The notes below the pieces were generated by a model. The model was not told the DNA's origin and searched no databases. It was given only the letters and a program-made list of their open reading frames with translations. Made by a program: the position numbers and the translations under genes. A stretch of DNA of 63,615 bases, the filler included, from Licmophora abbreviata (lineage: Eukaryota), in NCBI GenBank assembly GCA_900291995.1. It is 11 parts of 11 records of this genome, joined end to end, with 100 filler letters (N's around TTAATTAATTAA, not from the genome) between each part and the next. Parts side by side here need not be neighbours in the genome. Positions count along the whole stretch, not along the records: positions 34,048 to 38,124 come from OLMU01001224.1; positions 38,225 to 51,786 come from OLMU01001225.1; 9 more parts are not named here. One strand, written 5' to 3'. The stretch's first letter is position 1. Each line of letters opens with the position of its first letter. Shown here one piece after another: positions 36,234 through 48,146 of the stretch.

Positions 36234-39070
36234 TTACGAATCTTGGAGCAAGCACACAGTCGTAGCATGATCGCAGCATGAGGTACAGCACCCCGGCTGG
36301 CATTCCACACGCGGGGCACCGATGCCATTGGTCGGCGAACAATCCGTCTCCATGACGACAAGGTTCCGTGGACCACGTAGGTCGCAGACTTCATCGGGTA
36401 CCTCACCTACGAACATGTTCCTGTGAACCCAGACTGAAGTGAGCTTCTTCATCATTCCCATTTCGGTCGGGAGTGTACCTGTGAACCCATTTCCTCGGAT
36501 ACGGAAGACTTGCATGTTGCTGAGCTTGCCTACTTCGGTACTGAGAGTGCCGGAAAGCGCACAGTCGTAGAGATCCAGACGTTCCAGCTTGTCCAAGTTG
36601 AACAGCTCCCCGGGGATGGTACCCGTAGTCGGATTGAAATGCAGACGCAAGTCAGCCATCTCCTTCATTGCCGCGAGTTCCGCGGGAATCGAACCAGTGT
36701 GCTGGTTTCGATGAATCCACGCTTCCTGGAGACGGTCAAGCTTGCCAAGCTCGGTAGGGATCCGTCCGCTGTGCAAGTTCCTTCCGAGACGTGTGAAGGA
36801 TAAGAACGGCACATCTCCAAGCTGCGTAGGAATTTCGCCAGTCATGAGGTTTTCGTAGGAAAAGAAACCCTTGAGCGTCGTAAGCTGATCAATGCTGGAC
36901 GGAATAGGACCGGTGAGCTGGTTTCCAGCGAGATTCATACGCTGCATCTTGCGAAGTTCCATCCAGCTTTCCGGAATACTTCCATCAAGCCAGTTGTAGT
37001 GAACTTCAAGGTTGAGGAGATGCTTGGCGTTGCTCCACTCAGAAGGGAGTGTTCCGTGGAAGTTGTTCCACATGAGACCAATGGACTGAAGGTAAGGAAG
37101 GTATCCGATCTCCTTTGGCAGCTCCCCAGACATCTCATTGCCGTCTACGTGACAAGTGCGTGATATGAGTGAGAATTTCAGTTTTACACAACACATGAAT
37201 ATCGTCCCTTCTTTACTCACAATTCTCAAAAGCTCTCGTCTGATTGAAATCGTCACAGAAGACACCTGCCCAGTCGCACTCGTGGTAGGCGCTGAGCCAC
37301 CTTCCCCACTCGAGCTCTTCGTACACCATGTCCGGAAAAACTTGAGTGAGCTTCATGTAGGCGCATTCATCTGGTTCTCCGTCCTCGGGAGGATTACAGG
37401 ACAACCAGGGACCCAGCTCAATGGTCGAGAAGTATGTGGTGGCAAGCAAGTAGCGCTGGATAAGGTTCGGTGCATCCGGGGCGAGCTGCAACGGATCCTC
37501 GTTGATGATCCAATCCATAGCACGCTTTGGATGAGAGGGAACGTTGGGATCGGTCGAGATCATAGCTTCTTCTCCAACAACAGCAATGATCTGCTCTTGA
37601 ATGCCGAGATTTTCACGGTAAGTGGTGGGCGCCATGGTTGGTGCGCTCTCCCCACCGCTCGTCGTGACGCCAACACTGATACCAACCACAACGACGGCGA
37701 GCACGATGAACGCGACCACACCATACAAGCGGAACCGACGGTTCTTGAAGATTGGCGGCTTTGAGTCCGGATCATACTCAATGGCGGCCGGGATGAAGGC
37801 GTCTTCCTCCTCGGGTGTCACGGCGACAGCGACGGCAAGCCCGGTGCCATTGTCGTACTGGCCGAATTCAACGTCAGGAGAGTTGACGATACCACGGGCG
37901 GCGGCATTCACCGGCGCCGATTCCTGGGGAGGAACACCGCCGTCCGCCATCTTTTCCTTTTCTTGCTTGTTGAGAGCATCGTCGCCATACGCGTCGGGGT
38001 AGCCCTGCGGCTCTTCAGACGGAAGAGACACAATGGTAGGATCGAGTCCATTATTCCGGGGCGACACTACGCCTCGTGGTTGACCCTTCGCTGCCGACCT
38101 TGGCGCTGATGCGTTCGTCCAAAANNNNNNNNNNNNNNNNNNNNNNNNNNNNNNNNNNNNNNNNNNNNTTAATTAATTAANNNNNNNNNNNNNNNNNNNN
38201 NNNNNNNNNNNNNNNNNNNNNNNNATCGTTCAGCTGGGAAGAGCGGCTGGCCGACGGGCGGCCGGTCTTGGAAGCGATGCGATCTTCCAAGTCCGTCATC
38301 TCGGCCTTGGCGCCAGGAGCAGCGATTAAAGCTCCAGAGTCACCATTGGCACGACGAGTCTTGGCGGCGACTCGGTCCTCGAGCTCATTGAGCTGAGGGC
38401 GTGCACCAGGAGCGGCCGCAGCTGCGGCGGGGCCACCACGACGGGTCTTGGCGGCAATGCGAGATTCCATGTCATCCAGCTGCGCATGTGCTCCAGGAGC
38501 AGAAGCAGCAGCGGCGACAGTCGAAACTTCAGAAGCACCGCGACGGGTCTTGGCGGCAACACGATCCTCCAAGTCATTCAACTGAGGGTGCGCTCCGGGA
38601 GTGGCGGCAGCCGCCTCAGAGGAAGTACTGCGACGGGCACGATTCTTGGTCGCAATGTCACGCTCAAGCTGGTTGAGCTCCGCAGGGGCCTCTGAGGATG
38701 CTGCCGTGCGACGAGCACGATTCTTGGTCGCAATGTCGTTCTCAAGCTGAGTGAGCTGTGCATCACGGGGAGTCTTTTCGGCATATGCCCCAGGTTTGAG
38801 GGCCTCGTCGCTCGAAGAAACAGTTCGACGAGCCCTTGACTTGACCGCCTCGTCGGCAGCTTCGGTTTGCTTCTGCTTGTCACTGCGACTTGGTTTCTTT
38901 GCGTCGGTGACACCTGGCTTTTTGTCGGCCGCTTCTTTCTTGGAAACAATGCGCTCGTCGATGCGAGCAGCCTCCTCGCCTGACATTGCTTCTGCCCCCG
39001 GTCGGGCAGCTGAGCCACTCCTGGCCTGACGGCGAGCGCGCTCCTTGGCCTTCTTGTCTTGATCGTCCAT
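36234..39070 (-). CDS. Single-pass membrane LRR protein with repetitive N-terminal domain; intron 37145-37220; spans a gap
   Basis: N-terminal PGA-containing repeats, a TM helix (LYGVVAFIVLAVVVVGISVGV), an LRRNT-like cap (QRYLLATTYF...HECDWAGVFC), about 10 plant-type LRRs (N.LTGPIPS) and a C-cap (CQPGCCTSCC). Confidence 0.85.
38225..38765 (-). repeat. Coding tandem repeat: at least 6 units of about 26-34 aa, QL..LE.RIA.KTRR...APGA
   Basis: Units QLTQLENDIATKNRARR, ELNQLERDIATKNRARR, QLNDLEDRVAAKTRR, QLDDMESRIAAKTRR, QLNELEDRVAAKTRR and EMTDLEDRIASKTGR. A seventh (SQLND) is cut by the gap. Confidence 0.85.
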
Positions 39071-40263
39071 GGTTTATGAAGGATATGGGCTATGAGGTAT
39101 AGAGTGAATTCTGTGGAATAGATCAATGAAGCAAGAAATCAATGAGATAGAGCAGAGAGCAGAAGAGAGGGTGAGAGAGGTGCGCGGCCATGGAAAAAGG
39201 GCAATTATGCCATATTGGCACGATCCATCGGTCCAAGCTAAATCACACGCCCCAATCACAGTTCCAAATATCTCCAAGAGCACAGGCTCCCACCAAGCAA
39301 GCACTGACGCAACGAAGGACAAGACGCACATGAACTTGCAAGCGGCTGCTTGCAGCAAAAATGAAAAGAGACCCTGCTGGACGCGCGAATATTCGCCGAT
39401 CAAGCTTTGCCATTTATGATTCCAAAATGACCTCACAGTCTTGTTATTTATGAAGGTCACAAAAAAGTACAATGGCCCCCAAGATTAATACGTCATTCGT
39501 ATTTATGGAACAACATGGATACATAAATCCCAAGGACCCACGAAAAATCATGATATTTGTTGAGCGAGTTGGACGTCGATCCAGCCAGAGCCGGAAGAGT
39601 CAATCATGGCTTGTTTTTGAAGCCGCTCGCCAACTTCCAGCTCGGATCTCTTTGAAATAGATCAACACACCAAACACAAGAGAAACGAAAGCGACGAAAC
39701 GATGAAAACGCACCTGAGTTTCTTGAAAATAGTCTGGCAGACAGCGCAATGAATCCTGCAAGAAATGGGAGGACTGTGAAGGCTCGCTTCGTTCAGAAGT
39801 TTGTTGATACTGATTCCACCGTAGGAAGTACGTACGACAAACTCAACGATAAGCACAATACTCACAATGCGAACGTCTTGGGCTTCTTCCAGTCATTTCA
39901 ATCTGCCTCTTCGGCGAAGAGTCGAATTCTTTTGATAGGCCGAGAGATTTATCACTCGTGACGTCGTTGATGACTATGGCCATATTAATTTTTTCTATAC
40001 GACCACGTGGATTCCTGGCTCAACTGGTATTGAGCTGAAAGGAATCCGGAATCTCCCATTGATTGCAACTCGCTCTCATGCGAAGTCGAAGTTCTGAAGG
40101 CATTCATTCATCGACGGCTAGGTGCCATACGACTCTAGCTATTTTAGCGACTAGTAGGTATCCTGGCTAGGTACCACTTTGAGTATGCAAACGTGATGCT
40201 TCGTCTTTCTCGGCGATCGGTGATTCGTGTAAACACGACCACTCAAATATTGTGCATGCGGCA

Positions 40264-41496
40264 TTACATGGCCTGATCCATCTTCATACTAGCTTCTGCG
40301 TCGAGAGGGTTCAATCCATTCTTCGACGTCTGAGTTGCGGACTCTTTTCCATTCAAACCGCTCAGGCCTGTCGCTACAAGGTTCGTCGCTGTTTCCTCCG
40401 CTCTCTCTTCAACATCAGGCGGAGGGATCACCTTCTCGAGCACAGTCGTCGATGACTTGACTTTAACCGCTTCCACGAACCCTCCCATGGCATCCAGCTC
40501 TGCCTTATGCCGCCGAACCTTGCCAATCGATGTTTGCATTTTGCCGAGTTCCGATTTGGCCTTTTCCAAGCTCTTCTCAGTTTGTTCAAAGCGCTGAACC
40601 AGTCGATCCACATCTTGCGCCATACTCCGCACGCGACTCAGCATCGCCTCAGTTTGGTCCTGCATGGCCAGACCGCGCGAGGCCCCATGGAGCTGCTGAA
40701 GCAACGCCAGGAGTGTGGTGGGACAGGTCAGGTAAACGCGTCGGCGATTGGCGTGACTTAGAATTTCGGGAAAGTCGTGGACGATCTGCAAAAACAAGGC
40801 TTCGGAGGGGAGAAACAGAATGGCGTAGTCCGCCGTTTCTCCTGGGATAATGTATTTGCTGGCAATGTCCTGAATGTGCTTGTGTAGACAATCGTGAACT
40901 TTCTGGGTCACGACTTTTGTGTCTTGTTCGGTGTCATTGTTGAGTAGTTTCTGAAAAGAATCCAAAGGAAACTTACTGTCGACGGCGAGTTTCCCAATAG
41001 GTGATGGCAAGTGCAAGAGACAGTCGACTCGCTTCTTATTGGACAGGGTGTACTGAAAGTCGTACAGCTTGGGAGACGACATACTATCTTGAATGAGCGT
41101 TTGCAACTGGAGTTCTCCAAAGTCGCCTGGCGTCTTGGGACTGTGAAAAATATCCTTGATTTTGGTCACGTCCTTGTGAATTCCAACGAGGCTTTGTTGA
41201 GCGGCAGCGACAGGAGCCAAAAGAGATTTCTGAATGACCAATTCTTGTGATTGGATGGACTTTTGGAACTGCGAAGACAGGCCTTGGTGTACTTGTGCAA
41301 CGACTTCTTGCTGCTGCTGTCGCAGGCTGCGTTGCAGCATTTGCTCATATTGACTCATGATGGTTGTTGCAGTCGTCAATGACGATGATTTGCCTCTCGT
41401 CGCCACCAGGTGCATGGCTACGGCGGCCATCGCAGCCCCGCTAATGGCTGACGAAGCCGCCACCAGCTTCCAAGAAGGTCCTGCGTCCTGGCTCAT
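40264..41496 (-). CDS. rmuC: RmuC-family DNA recombination protein (PD-(D/E)xK-like), intronless
   Basis: GDFGELQL, QYTLSNKKRVDC, VDSKFPL, HIQDIASKYIIPGETADYAILFLPSE and CPTTLLALL. N-terminal hydrophobic anchor and flanking coiled coils. Confidence 0.9.
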   Translation of the reverse strand: MSQDAGPSWKLVAASSAISGAAMAAVAMHLVATRGKSSSLTTATTIMSQYEQMLQRSLRQQQQEVVAQVHQGLSSQFQKSIQSQELVIQKSLLAPVAAAQQSLVGIHKDVTKIKDIFHSPKTPGDFGELQLQTLIQDSMSSPKLYDFQYTLSNKKRVDCLLHLPSPIGKLAVDSKFPLDSFQKLLNNDTEQDTKVVTQKVHDCLHKHIQDIASKYIIPGETADYAILFLPSEALFLQIVHDFPEILSHANRRRVYLTCPTTLLALLQQLHGASRGLAMQDQTEAMLSRVRSMAQDVDRLVQRFEQTEKSLEKAKSELGKMQTSIGKVRRHKAELDAMGGFVEAVKVKSSTTVLEKVIPPPDVEERAEETATNLVATGLSGLNGKESATQTSKNGLNPLDAEASMKMDQAM

Positions 41497-41825
41497 GATG
41501 GGGCGTGCCCCTGTGGAAGATCCCGTCGGAGCACAATGAATCAATCCAATGCGAAATAGTATGTGAGTTTTGAGGTTTGAGTTTTGATCGCGAGGGTGCG
41601 CGAGTCGAGTCAGTCAAGCTTGAACCTGCCGATTCGAACAAGTCGAAAGTTGATTTCGAATCCGAATGAATCCGATGCGCCGATCCTTGGGAAATCACCT
41701 TCTACTAATGGAATTGCAACTACCTGTGGTACCAGACGACATCTGTACAGACATCATCAATCCAATACTTCGAAGTATAGGCACGCCTTTCGCGTCGAGT
41801 ATAGTCTGCTGGATCTCCAAGAGCC

Positions 41826-43199
41826 ATGTCGTCTCACCAGGTAACTGGCCGTAAGTTATTTGGCGCCCCGATTCTCCTTCAGGATTGGGACCGCGAGGCC
41901 ACGGAAGGCGCCGCGCAGTACTGGGAGCTGTTCTTGGATCTCTTGATGGTGGCTGCTGCCAGTGCCGTTGCCGACCAGCTGTTGGAGAACCAGAGTGCAA
42001 GTGGAATTATGGAGTTCATAGTGCTCTTCATGATCATTGTCAACGGCTGGCTGCTCTACACGCATCACATTACGACGCGCTTCGAAGACAGTTCCTTGGC
42101 ACACTCCATGGTACTCTTTGTCTACTTGATGGGCTTTGGATACTGTATTGTCAATGCGAGCTTGGAGGATGCCAGTGCTTTTGCGGCTGGAGCCTTGCTG
42201 CAACGATTAGCCGTCCTCGTCATGTTGGGAACGATTGCGTCCAGTCTGCCGCGGGCGCGGTACTTTTGCAGTGTCGTCGCCCTCGTCACGGCCGTAGCCA
42301 TGGCGGGGCTGTGTGTCACTCTATGGGGAGGCAATGCCGGTGACGATGAGAGGATTGCAAAAGGGGGACTCTGGTGGGCTGCGTTGACGGAATTTCTTGC
42401 CGAGGCTACGATGGTGCGATTTTTGGAGGGACGTCGCTTGGTACCTGTTAACATAGAACAGAGCAAGGAGCGTCTTGGGGCGTTCGAACTTATCATGCTC
42501 GGCGAGACAGTACTGTCTGTGACCATTACCTACCGAGAGTTCAAGGCGGAGGGAGAAGTCAAGGAAGAGGCTCCTTACGATTGGGTTCTGGGTCTCTCTT
42601 TCTTAATGGTGTTCATGTTTACGCTCTTATTCTTTCACATGCAACCTGCACCCAGCGAACACGCCTTTCGGAGGTCTCGGGTGCACGGAGTCGCATGTCT
42701 TGCTCTGCACAAGGTACTCGGTTGCTTTTTACTTGCCGGTGGAGTGAGTATCAAGCTCGTTGTCGCGGCCGTAGTATTGGACGAACCGCTTTCCGTCTTT
42801 GCCTCTTGGCTCATGGGTCTCAGTGTCAGCGGTGCCTTGTTGGTCTTGCTGTGCATGCGCTACTTGCATTACGGAGGAAAGACTGAGATCCATGTGGGTG
42901 GATATGTGATGCGACGTGGCAATGATCCCGCACTAGACCGACTCGCCACGATCTGGTGGTGGACCGTCGGAGTGGCATGGCTGATTCCTATTGTGGGTCT
43001 GTTCACGGGTCTCACCGTGGGTCGACCGCTCCTGGCAACGTCGTTTCACGCTGGATTGCTCTTTGTCTTGTGTGCGGTCGAGTCGTGGTATACACACATC
43101 ATTGGGAACATGCTAGAAATGCAGCACTCTGGTGAACACGCTAGCTTGCTGGGAGCGCAGCCTGATACTCCCAAGGCGTACCAAGGTACCGCTAGCTAA
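41826..43199 (+). CDS. Low temperature requirement protein A (LtrA)-family multipass membrane protein, intronless
   Basis: WELFLDL, TRF and ERLGAFELIMLGETV motifs; about 11-12 hydrophobic helices. Confidence 0.8.
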   Translation: MSSHQVTGRKLFGAPILLQDWDREATEGAAQYWELFLDLLMVAAASAVADQLLENQSASGIMEFIVLFMIIVNGWLLYTHHITTRFEDSSLAHSMVLFVYLMGFGYCIVNASLEDASAFAAGALLQRLAVLVMLGTIASSLPRARYFCSVVALVTAVAMAGLCVTLWGGNAGDDERIAKGGLWWAALTEFLAEATMVRFLEGRRLVPVNIEQSKERLGAFELIMLGETVLSVTITYREFKAEGEVKEEAPYDWVLGLSFLMVFMFTLLFFHMQPAPSEHAFRRSRVHGVACLALHKVLGCFLLAGGVSIKLVVAAVVLDEPLSVFASWLMGLSVSGALLVLLCMRYLHYGGKTEIHVGGYVMRRGNDPALDRLATIWWWTVGVAWLIPIVGLFTGLTVGRPLLATSFHAGLLFVLCAVESWYTHIIGNMLEMQHSGEHASLLGAQPDTPKAYQGTAS

Positions 43200-43317
43200 A
43201 TACTCCTAGTTTGTTTTTGTACCTATCTTTTATACGCCGGAAGCAGCAAACAGTAGTATTCGATAAATAAGCGCGCGAAGTTGGTCGTTCCACTTGTACA
43301 TTATCCACAATTAGGCA

Positions 43318-44703
43318 CTATGACACCGTCTGCCTTTTCACAACAGGCGAGTAGTCCGCTGGCACCTCCTTGTTTCTGATGAGACGGTAGTTACCAATCT
43401 TGTATCCAGCCATCCACAGACGTAAGCATTCTTCCAAGACTTTGTCCGGTACGCTTTCACTAGAGGTGGGTTGCGTCTCCGACACAACATACTGAACGGC
43501 AGCAAGGCGCTCCTCGGGCGTTGCATCTATTCGCAGTGCCGGGGAACCTGCCGGAACGCCTACGAAAATATCCGTCCGGAAAAAGTCCTTGTTCGCCCCC
43601 AGAGTCTCTGCAATCTCGACGACGCGGTTCCAGTCTATCCATTCAGGAAGGGTTTGGGTCGTACTTGACTCTGTCATCGTTCCATTTCGATGAACCTGTC
43701 CGGGAGTGTACTGTCCCTGCCACATTCCTCGTAGCCAGTTTGCAATAACCTTTTGAAGAAAAGAGAAACCGTAGAATGATGATGAGTCCGGTTTCCGTCA
43801 ATGATTCAGTGACGTAGACATCACACACTCATCACGTACAACACGACCCCATACAGTGAACACCTTGAACTCAAGCGCGGGCTGAAGGTCATGGTCAAAT
43901 GCTGTGAATCGTTCCTCTACCACGATGCCTTGTTCGATCAAGTCGCACATTCTCGGTACCCAGTCCTGGAGTGGCCTCATCAGCTGCTGGGCAATACTTG
44001 AAGCCACACTCTCCGAGCTGAACGTGTCATTCTGTATCAACGGCGAAGCCTCTTCGCTTGTGCGCGTCTTTCCTGTCTCGGGATCATGACTGACTAGCCA
44101 AACACCCTGCGAACGGATGTTGTTGTTTGGCTTGACACAGTAGTCATTGTCTTTCGGAAGAAGACCAGAGATCACGTTTGCTACTTCGTCGAGGTCATTG
44201 GAAGAGGTCAGCTCCGACAGATAGTTCAAGGCAAATATACCAGGAATCGGAATACCAATGTCCATCAGCCATCGCTTGGATGCCACCTTGTCGAAGTAAA
44301 ACGCAAGACTTGGGTGGTCTACGGAGCTCATACTCTTATACCGCCGAAACTCCCACCAGTCTTCTGATCCTTGAATCATATGCCCTATATCAAAATCTTC
44401 AAACAGCTCAAAGGCGTCCGCATCCCCTGAATATGGCTCGAACGCATCTGTTGGATCATAGTTTGCCAGATTCACTCCAGCCACAACGAAATCGGTAAAC
44501 CGAAACGGCTTCGTTTCGCGACTATACGCTAGATCACGGTCGACGTCGCGCGCGACCCTTTCGGAGGCAGCTGGGTCAGAAACGTTTGTCTTCACACTGC
44601 AGTCATCCCTCGCGGTACATGTGTTCACCTTGACAAGCTCTTCACTCTGCGCAACCAGAGCGAGTGCGACTAGACCGACACAAGAAAGAAAGAGGGGCCT
44701 CAT
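43318..44703 (-). CDS. TupA-like ATP-grasp protein with signal peptide; intron 43750-43839
   Basis: DKVASKRWL..IGIPIP, YCVKPNN, IVVEERF, EFKVFTVWGRV, IAETLGANKDFFRTDIF and VVSE. Splicing joins the two ORFs in frame. Confidence 0.7.
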
Positions 44704-45162
44704 GATGAAGTCTGTGCAAGTTTACTACTCCTCTTTCGAACTTATGGAAGCCTCTCACATTTTCGCTCGAGAAACCTGACAAAACAGACGCAACGCGCAG
44801 AGTCGGTCTATCCGGGACTCAGGGTTTATGTGAAAGAAACGTGATGCGATGTCTTTACTTATGTGATTTTCGAAGGGTCGTCACCTCTCATGCGCGACGT
44901 GGCTGCGACTCTCTCAAGACGCAAAAGACGATTGATTGCTACTCCAGTATCATACAACACTGTCACTCCATTCCACGCGGTACATTTCATCGCCATCACC
45001 AAAACTGAACCTTGGGGCGAGCGACGTAGCGTACTTGGTTCTCTGACACAATCAAGAGCACGCTCCAGTAGTACTCTAGCATATACTTGTATCACTGTAT
45101 AGCTAATAGTATTGAGTTAAAAAGACCAGGTAGACTAGAAGTATTGTTATGAGTAGTATAAC

Positions 45163-46350
45163 TTACTTAGTCCTTTTTCGTCTTTGCATGCTATCTTGTA
45201 CACGCCTCTGGATCTTGTCACGCTGCTGTTTGGCGCGCTGTCGCACCACATTCCGCATCTCATTGCCACTGCGGATCATGGAGGCTCCGCCGACGTAGGA
45301 CCATCCAGAAGCAACCGTGGTACTTCCAGTAATCCAGCTGTTCGCATTGTGAGAGAGAGCACAGAGAGACACCGAAGTGAGAGCTACATGCCGTACGAGA
45401 GTGTAGTCTCCATTATTTGTTCACTAGTACACACACACACACACGTACCACAACACCGCAAGTGCTTCGTTCGAAACAACCGCCGGATAGACTGGCATGA
45501 CCAAGGCTGCCGAAATGGTCAGGAACTGGAAGGCTGTATTAACTTTGCTAATCCGCGTCGGTTCAATCTTGAGCGGCAATACCGTGACAGGGTCCATCCT
45601 ACTCATGGACTGGTCGGCGTGTGACGACGACGACGACGACGCATACAGATAGGTCGCCCCCATCAACCCCACGTCCCGTATCATCCAAAGCAGAACCAGT
45701 GGCGTGGGTAGCAAGTGAACGTACCACAGGGATACACTGAGGACATTGATGAGAATCTTGTCGGCAAGGGGATCGAGGTAGGTACCCAAGACTGTAGTCA
45801 TGTTGTGATGCTTTGCCAAGTATCCATCGAGGCCATCGGAAAGTCCAGCCACGAGGCAGCCCAGTAGGGCATGGTCGTACTGATGAGATACAACAATCCA
45901 GTAGGAGAGTATGGGTGCACTGGCGATGCGGGAGAGTGTAATCAGGTTGGGAGGTGATTGCAACTGTCGTCTCCAGTGTTTCCACCAGTGTGCTACACTC
46001 CTCGTGTTGGAGTCCGCACCAACATTCGGGGAGGATGGCGTATGAGGGGTTTTGTTGCTCTCTTCACTGTCTTTTCCATTGCTGTTGTTGTTGTTGTTGT
46101 TGCTGCTAAACCAAGCTTTCTGATGCTGTATCAAGACAAGTGTAGATCGATGCGGTTGTGGTTCCCATGATTGTGTGGTGAAGGAGGAGGAAAGTATGGG
46201 TGATGATGATGATATTCTGCTCCGTTGTCGCACGCGCTGGTGGCAAGATACTATTCCTTCTTGAAGCATCCCTATCATTTTTCGACCCTCCTTCGGACCT
46301 TCTAAAAGACTCTTCCTCCGCGTAGACGATAGAATAAGCCGGCGCTGCAT
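45163..46350 (-). CDS. CRLS1: CDP-alcohol phosphatidyltransferase, cardiolipin synthase-like, with mitochondrial-type presequence; intron 45338-45448
   Basis: PNLITLSRI, signature DGLDGYLAK...GTYLDPLADK, EPTRISKVNTAFQ and TTVASGWSY. Arg/Ser-rich N-terminus. Confidence 0.82.
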
Positions 46351-46366
46351 CGTCTTTTTGCTTATC

Positions 46367-46397
<31 letters not shown>

Positions 46398-46735
46398 CCT
46401 CCTCCTCGTCGTCACAGTGTGATTGGAAACTGGAAACGGACTGTGACGATGATGAGAGGGAATTTGGAGTTTCAAATTTGAAGTTTTGAAATGCGTTTCG
46501 TCCACAGACACCGTCGGCGTACACAAGATACGGAGTTGAACGTACGCACCTGCAAACTTTACCCTTTACTTCGACGAACTGAACTCAGCACATCAACGAC
46601 GACGAAGACACCCCCCATATCTTCTTTTAGTCTATCGATACTAGTAGTAGTGCAGCTGTCAGGGTAGACCAAAAAGGGCTGGGGTCGTTACAGGTCTTCC
46701 TTCGTCAATCATACATTGCGTTTGGGATAGAGACA

Positions 46736-47927
46736 ATGGTAAGAGGAACGAGCAAGGAGGACGCGACGTAGACAGACACGGTCTACACACGCCCCTCGTT
46801 GGTTGGGCATCAGTGCACCACAGTGATGGTATCATAGTCTACATGGCAACCGCGATTCTCCACACAACTCTTCCATTCTCACCCGTCTCTCTCGTTCTCT
46901 CTCTCTCTCTCTCAGTCCAAGAACTTTTTCGCCGCGCTCGACGACGTCGACTCGGACAACGAGGCCCCCAAGAAGGCTTCGTCGTCCAAACAACAGAAAA
47001 GTACTGCGAAAAAGGCTCCTGTGGCCGAGCCCTCTTCTACCACGGACAAGCGGTACGTGATCCAGAATACGAATGATGATGATGATGTCATATCGTAGTA
47101 TGCTCCACCCATGATGCGTCCTATGTATATATATATATAGCGTATAGAAGACAACGCAGTACTACTACTACGACCCTCTCACCTTCTGTCTTTCTCTTTC
47201 TAGTCGCACTCCCCATCACGACAAGGATCGGAATACGGCTCGCAATGGTCGGGAGGCCACGCGGGATGGCAAACGGGCCTACGACCGTCGTTCCGGGACG
47301 GGGCGTGGGAAGGAAATCAAAAAGGGTGGTGGAGGTGCGCACAATTGGGGGAATGCCAAACACGAAGCGAGGAGGCACAGTGAGGGATCCGTAAAGGAGG
47401 AAGAGAGAGAAGAAGAAAACGAAGAAGCTGAGCCAGAAGTGGAAGACACGACTGTGTCGTATGAAGAGTACATGAAGCAAAAGAGCAAGCCGGAGAGTGA
47501 GTTCTTTGCTTCCATCAAGGAACGAACCGTTGATAACGAGTTTGCCAATATCAAGGCCACAAAGGCTGTTGAGGAGGACTTCTTGGTCATGGGTGCAGGG
47601 AAGGGCAACAACAGCAAGAAAAAGGGCAACAACATCAAGGAGAAGAAGAACATGCTTGATGTTGGATTTCGTGTTGCTGATCCCAATGCTGCTGCTGCTA
47701 CGGGAGGAGGAAGAAGAGACGATCGACGAGATGGGGATCGAAAGGGTGGCGGCCGTGGTGGACGGGGGCGTGGACGAGGAGCTGGAGGAGGTCGTGGTGG
47801 ACGAAGCGGAAGTGATCGTGGTGGCGGGCGTGGTGGCGGTCGCGGAGGAGGACGAGGCGGGCGTGGACGGGGTCAGAGGGATGAGGGGATAAACTTGACG
47901 GACTCATCGGCGTTCCCCTCACTGTAG
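46736..47927 (+). CDS. SERBP1/HABP4/Stm1-family RNA/ribosome-binding protein; introns 46739-46915 and 47053-47203
   Basis: Spliced M|SKNFFAAL, KRAYDRRSGTG..KKGGGGAHNWG, SYEEY, an RGG box and terminal DSSAFPSL. Confidence 0.88.
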
Positions 47928-48146
47928 TGTGACAGACTTCACGAGGAAAGGAGAAAACGGGAGGAAGAACAAGCTACCGGTATTTAGCGAAACTACTGCG
48001 CGCACAGATTTGTGTGGGTGTACGTGGGCGCCGAAAGCCCATTGTGCGTAGTGTTCGCAGTACTCAGATGGATGGCAGAACAGATAGTCACGAGCCAATA
48101 TAAGCGTTATTAAACAATCCTGACGAGCACTGCAAAAATGCAATGA

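Noticed and set aside
39074..40250. Short ORFs upstream of the LRR gene
   Set aside because: They show no recognisable motifs and are treated as intergenic or UTR.
46367..46410. Poly-Asp/Glu N-terminal extension of cardiolipin synthase
   Set aside because: It is a (TCA)n/(TCC)n microsatellite upstream of the likely ATG at 46350; the longer ORF begins at a non-ATG codon.
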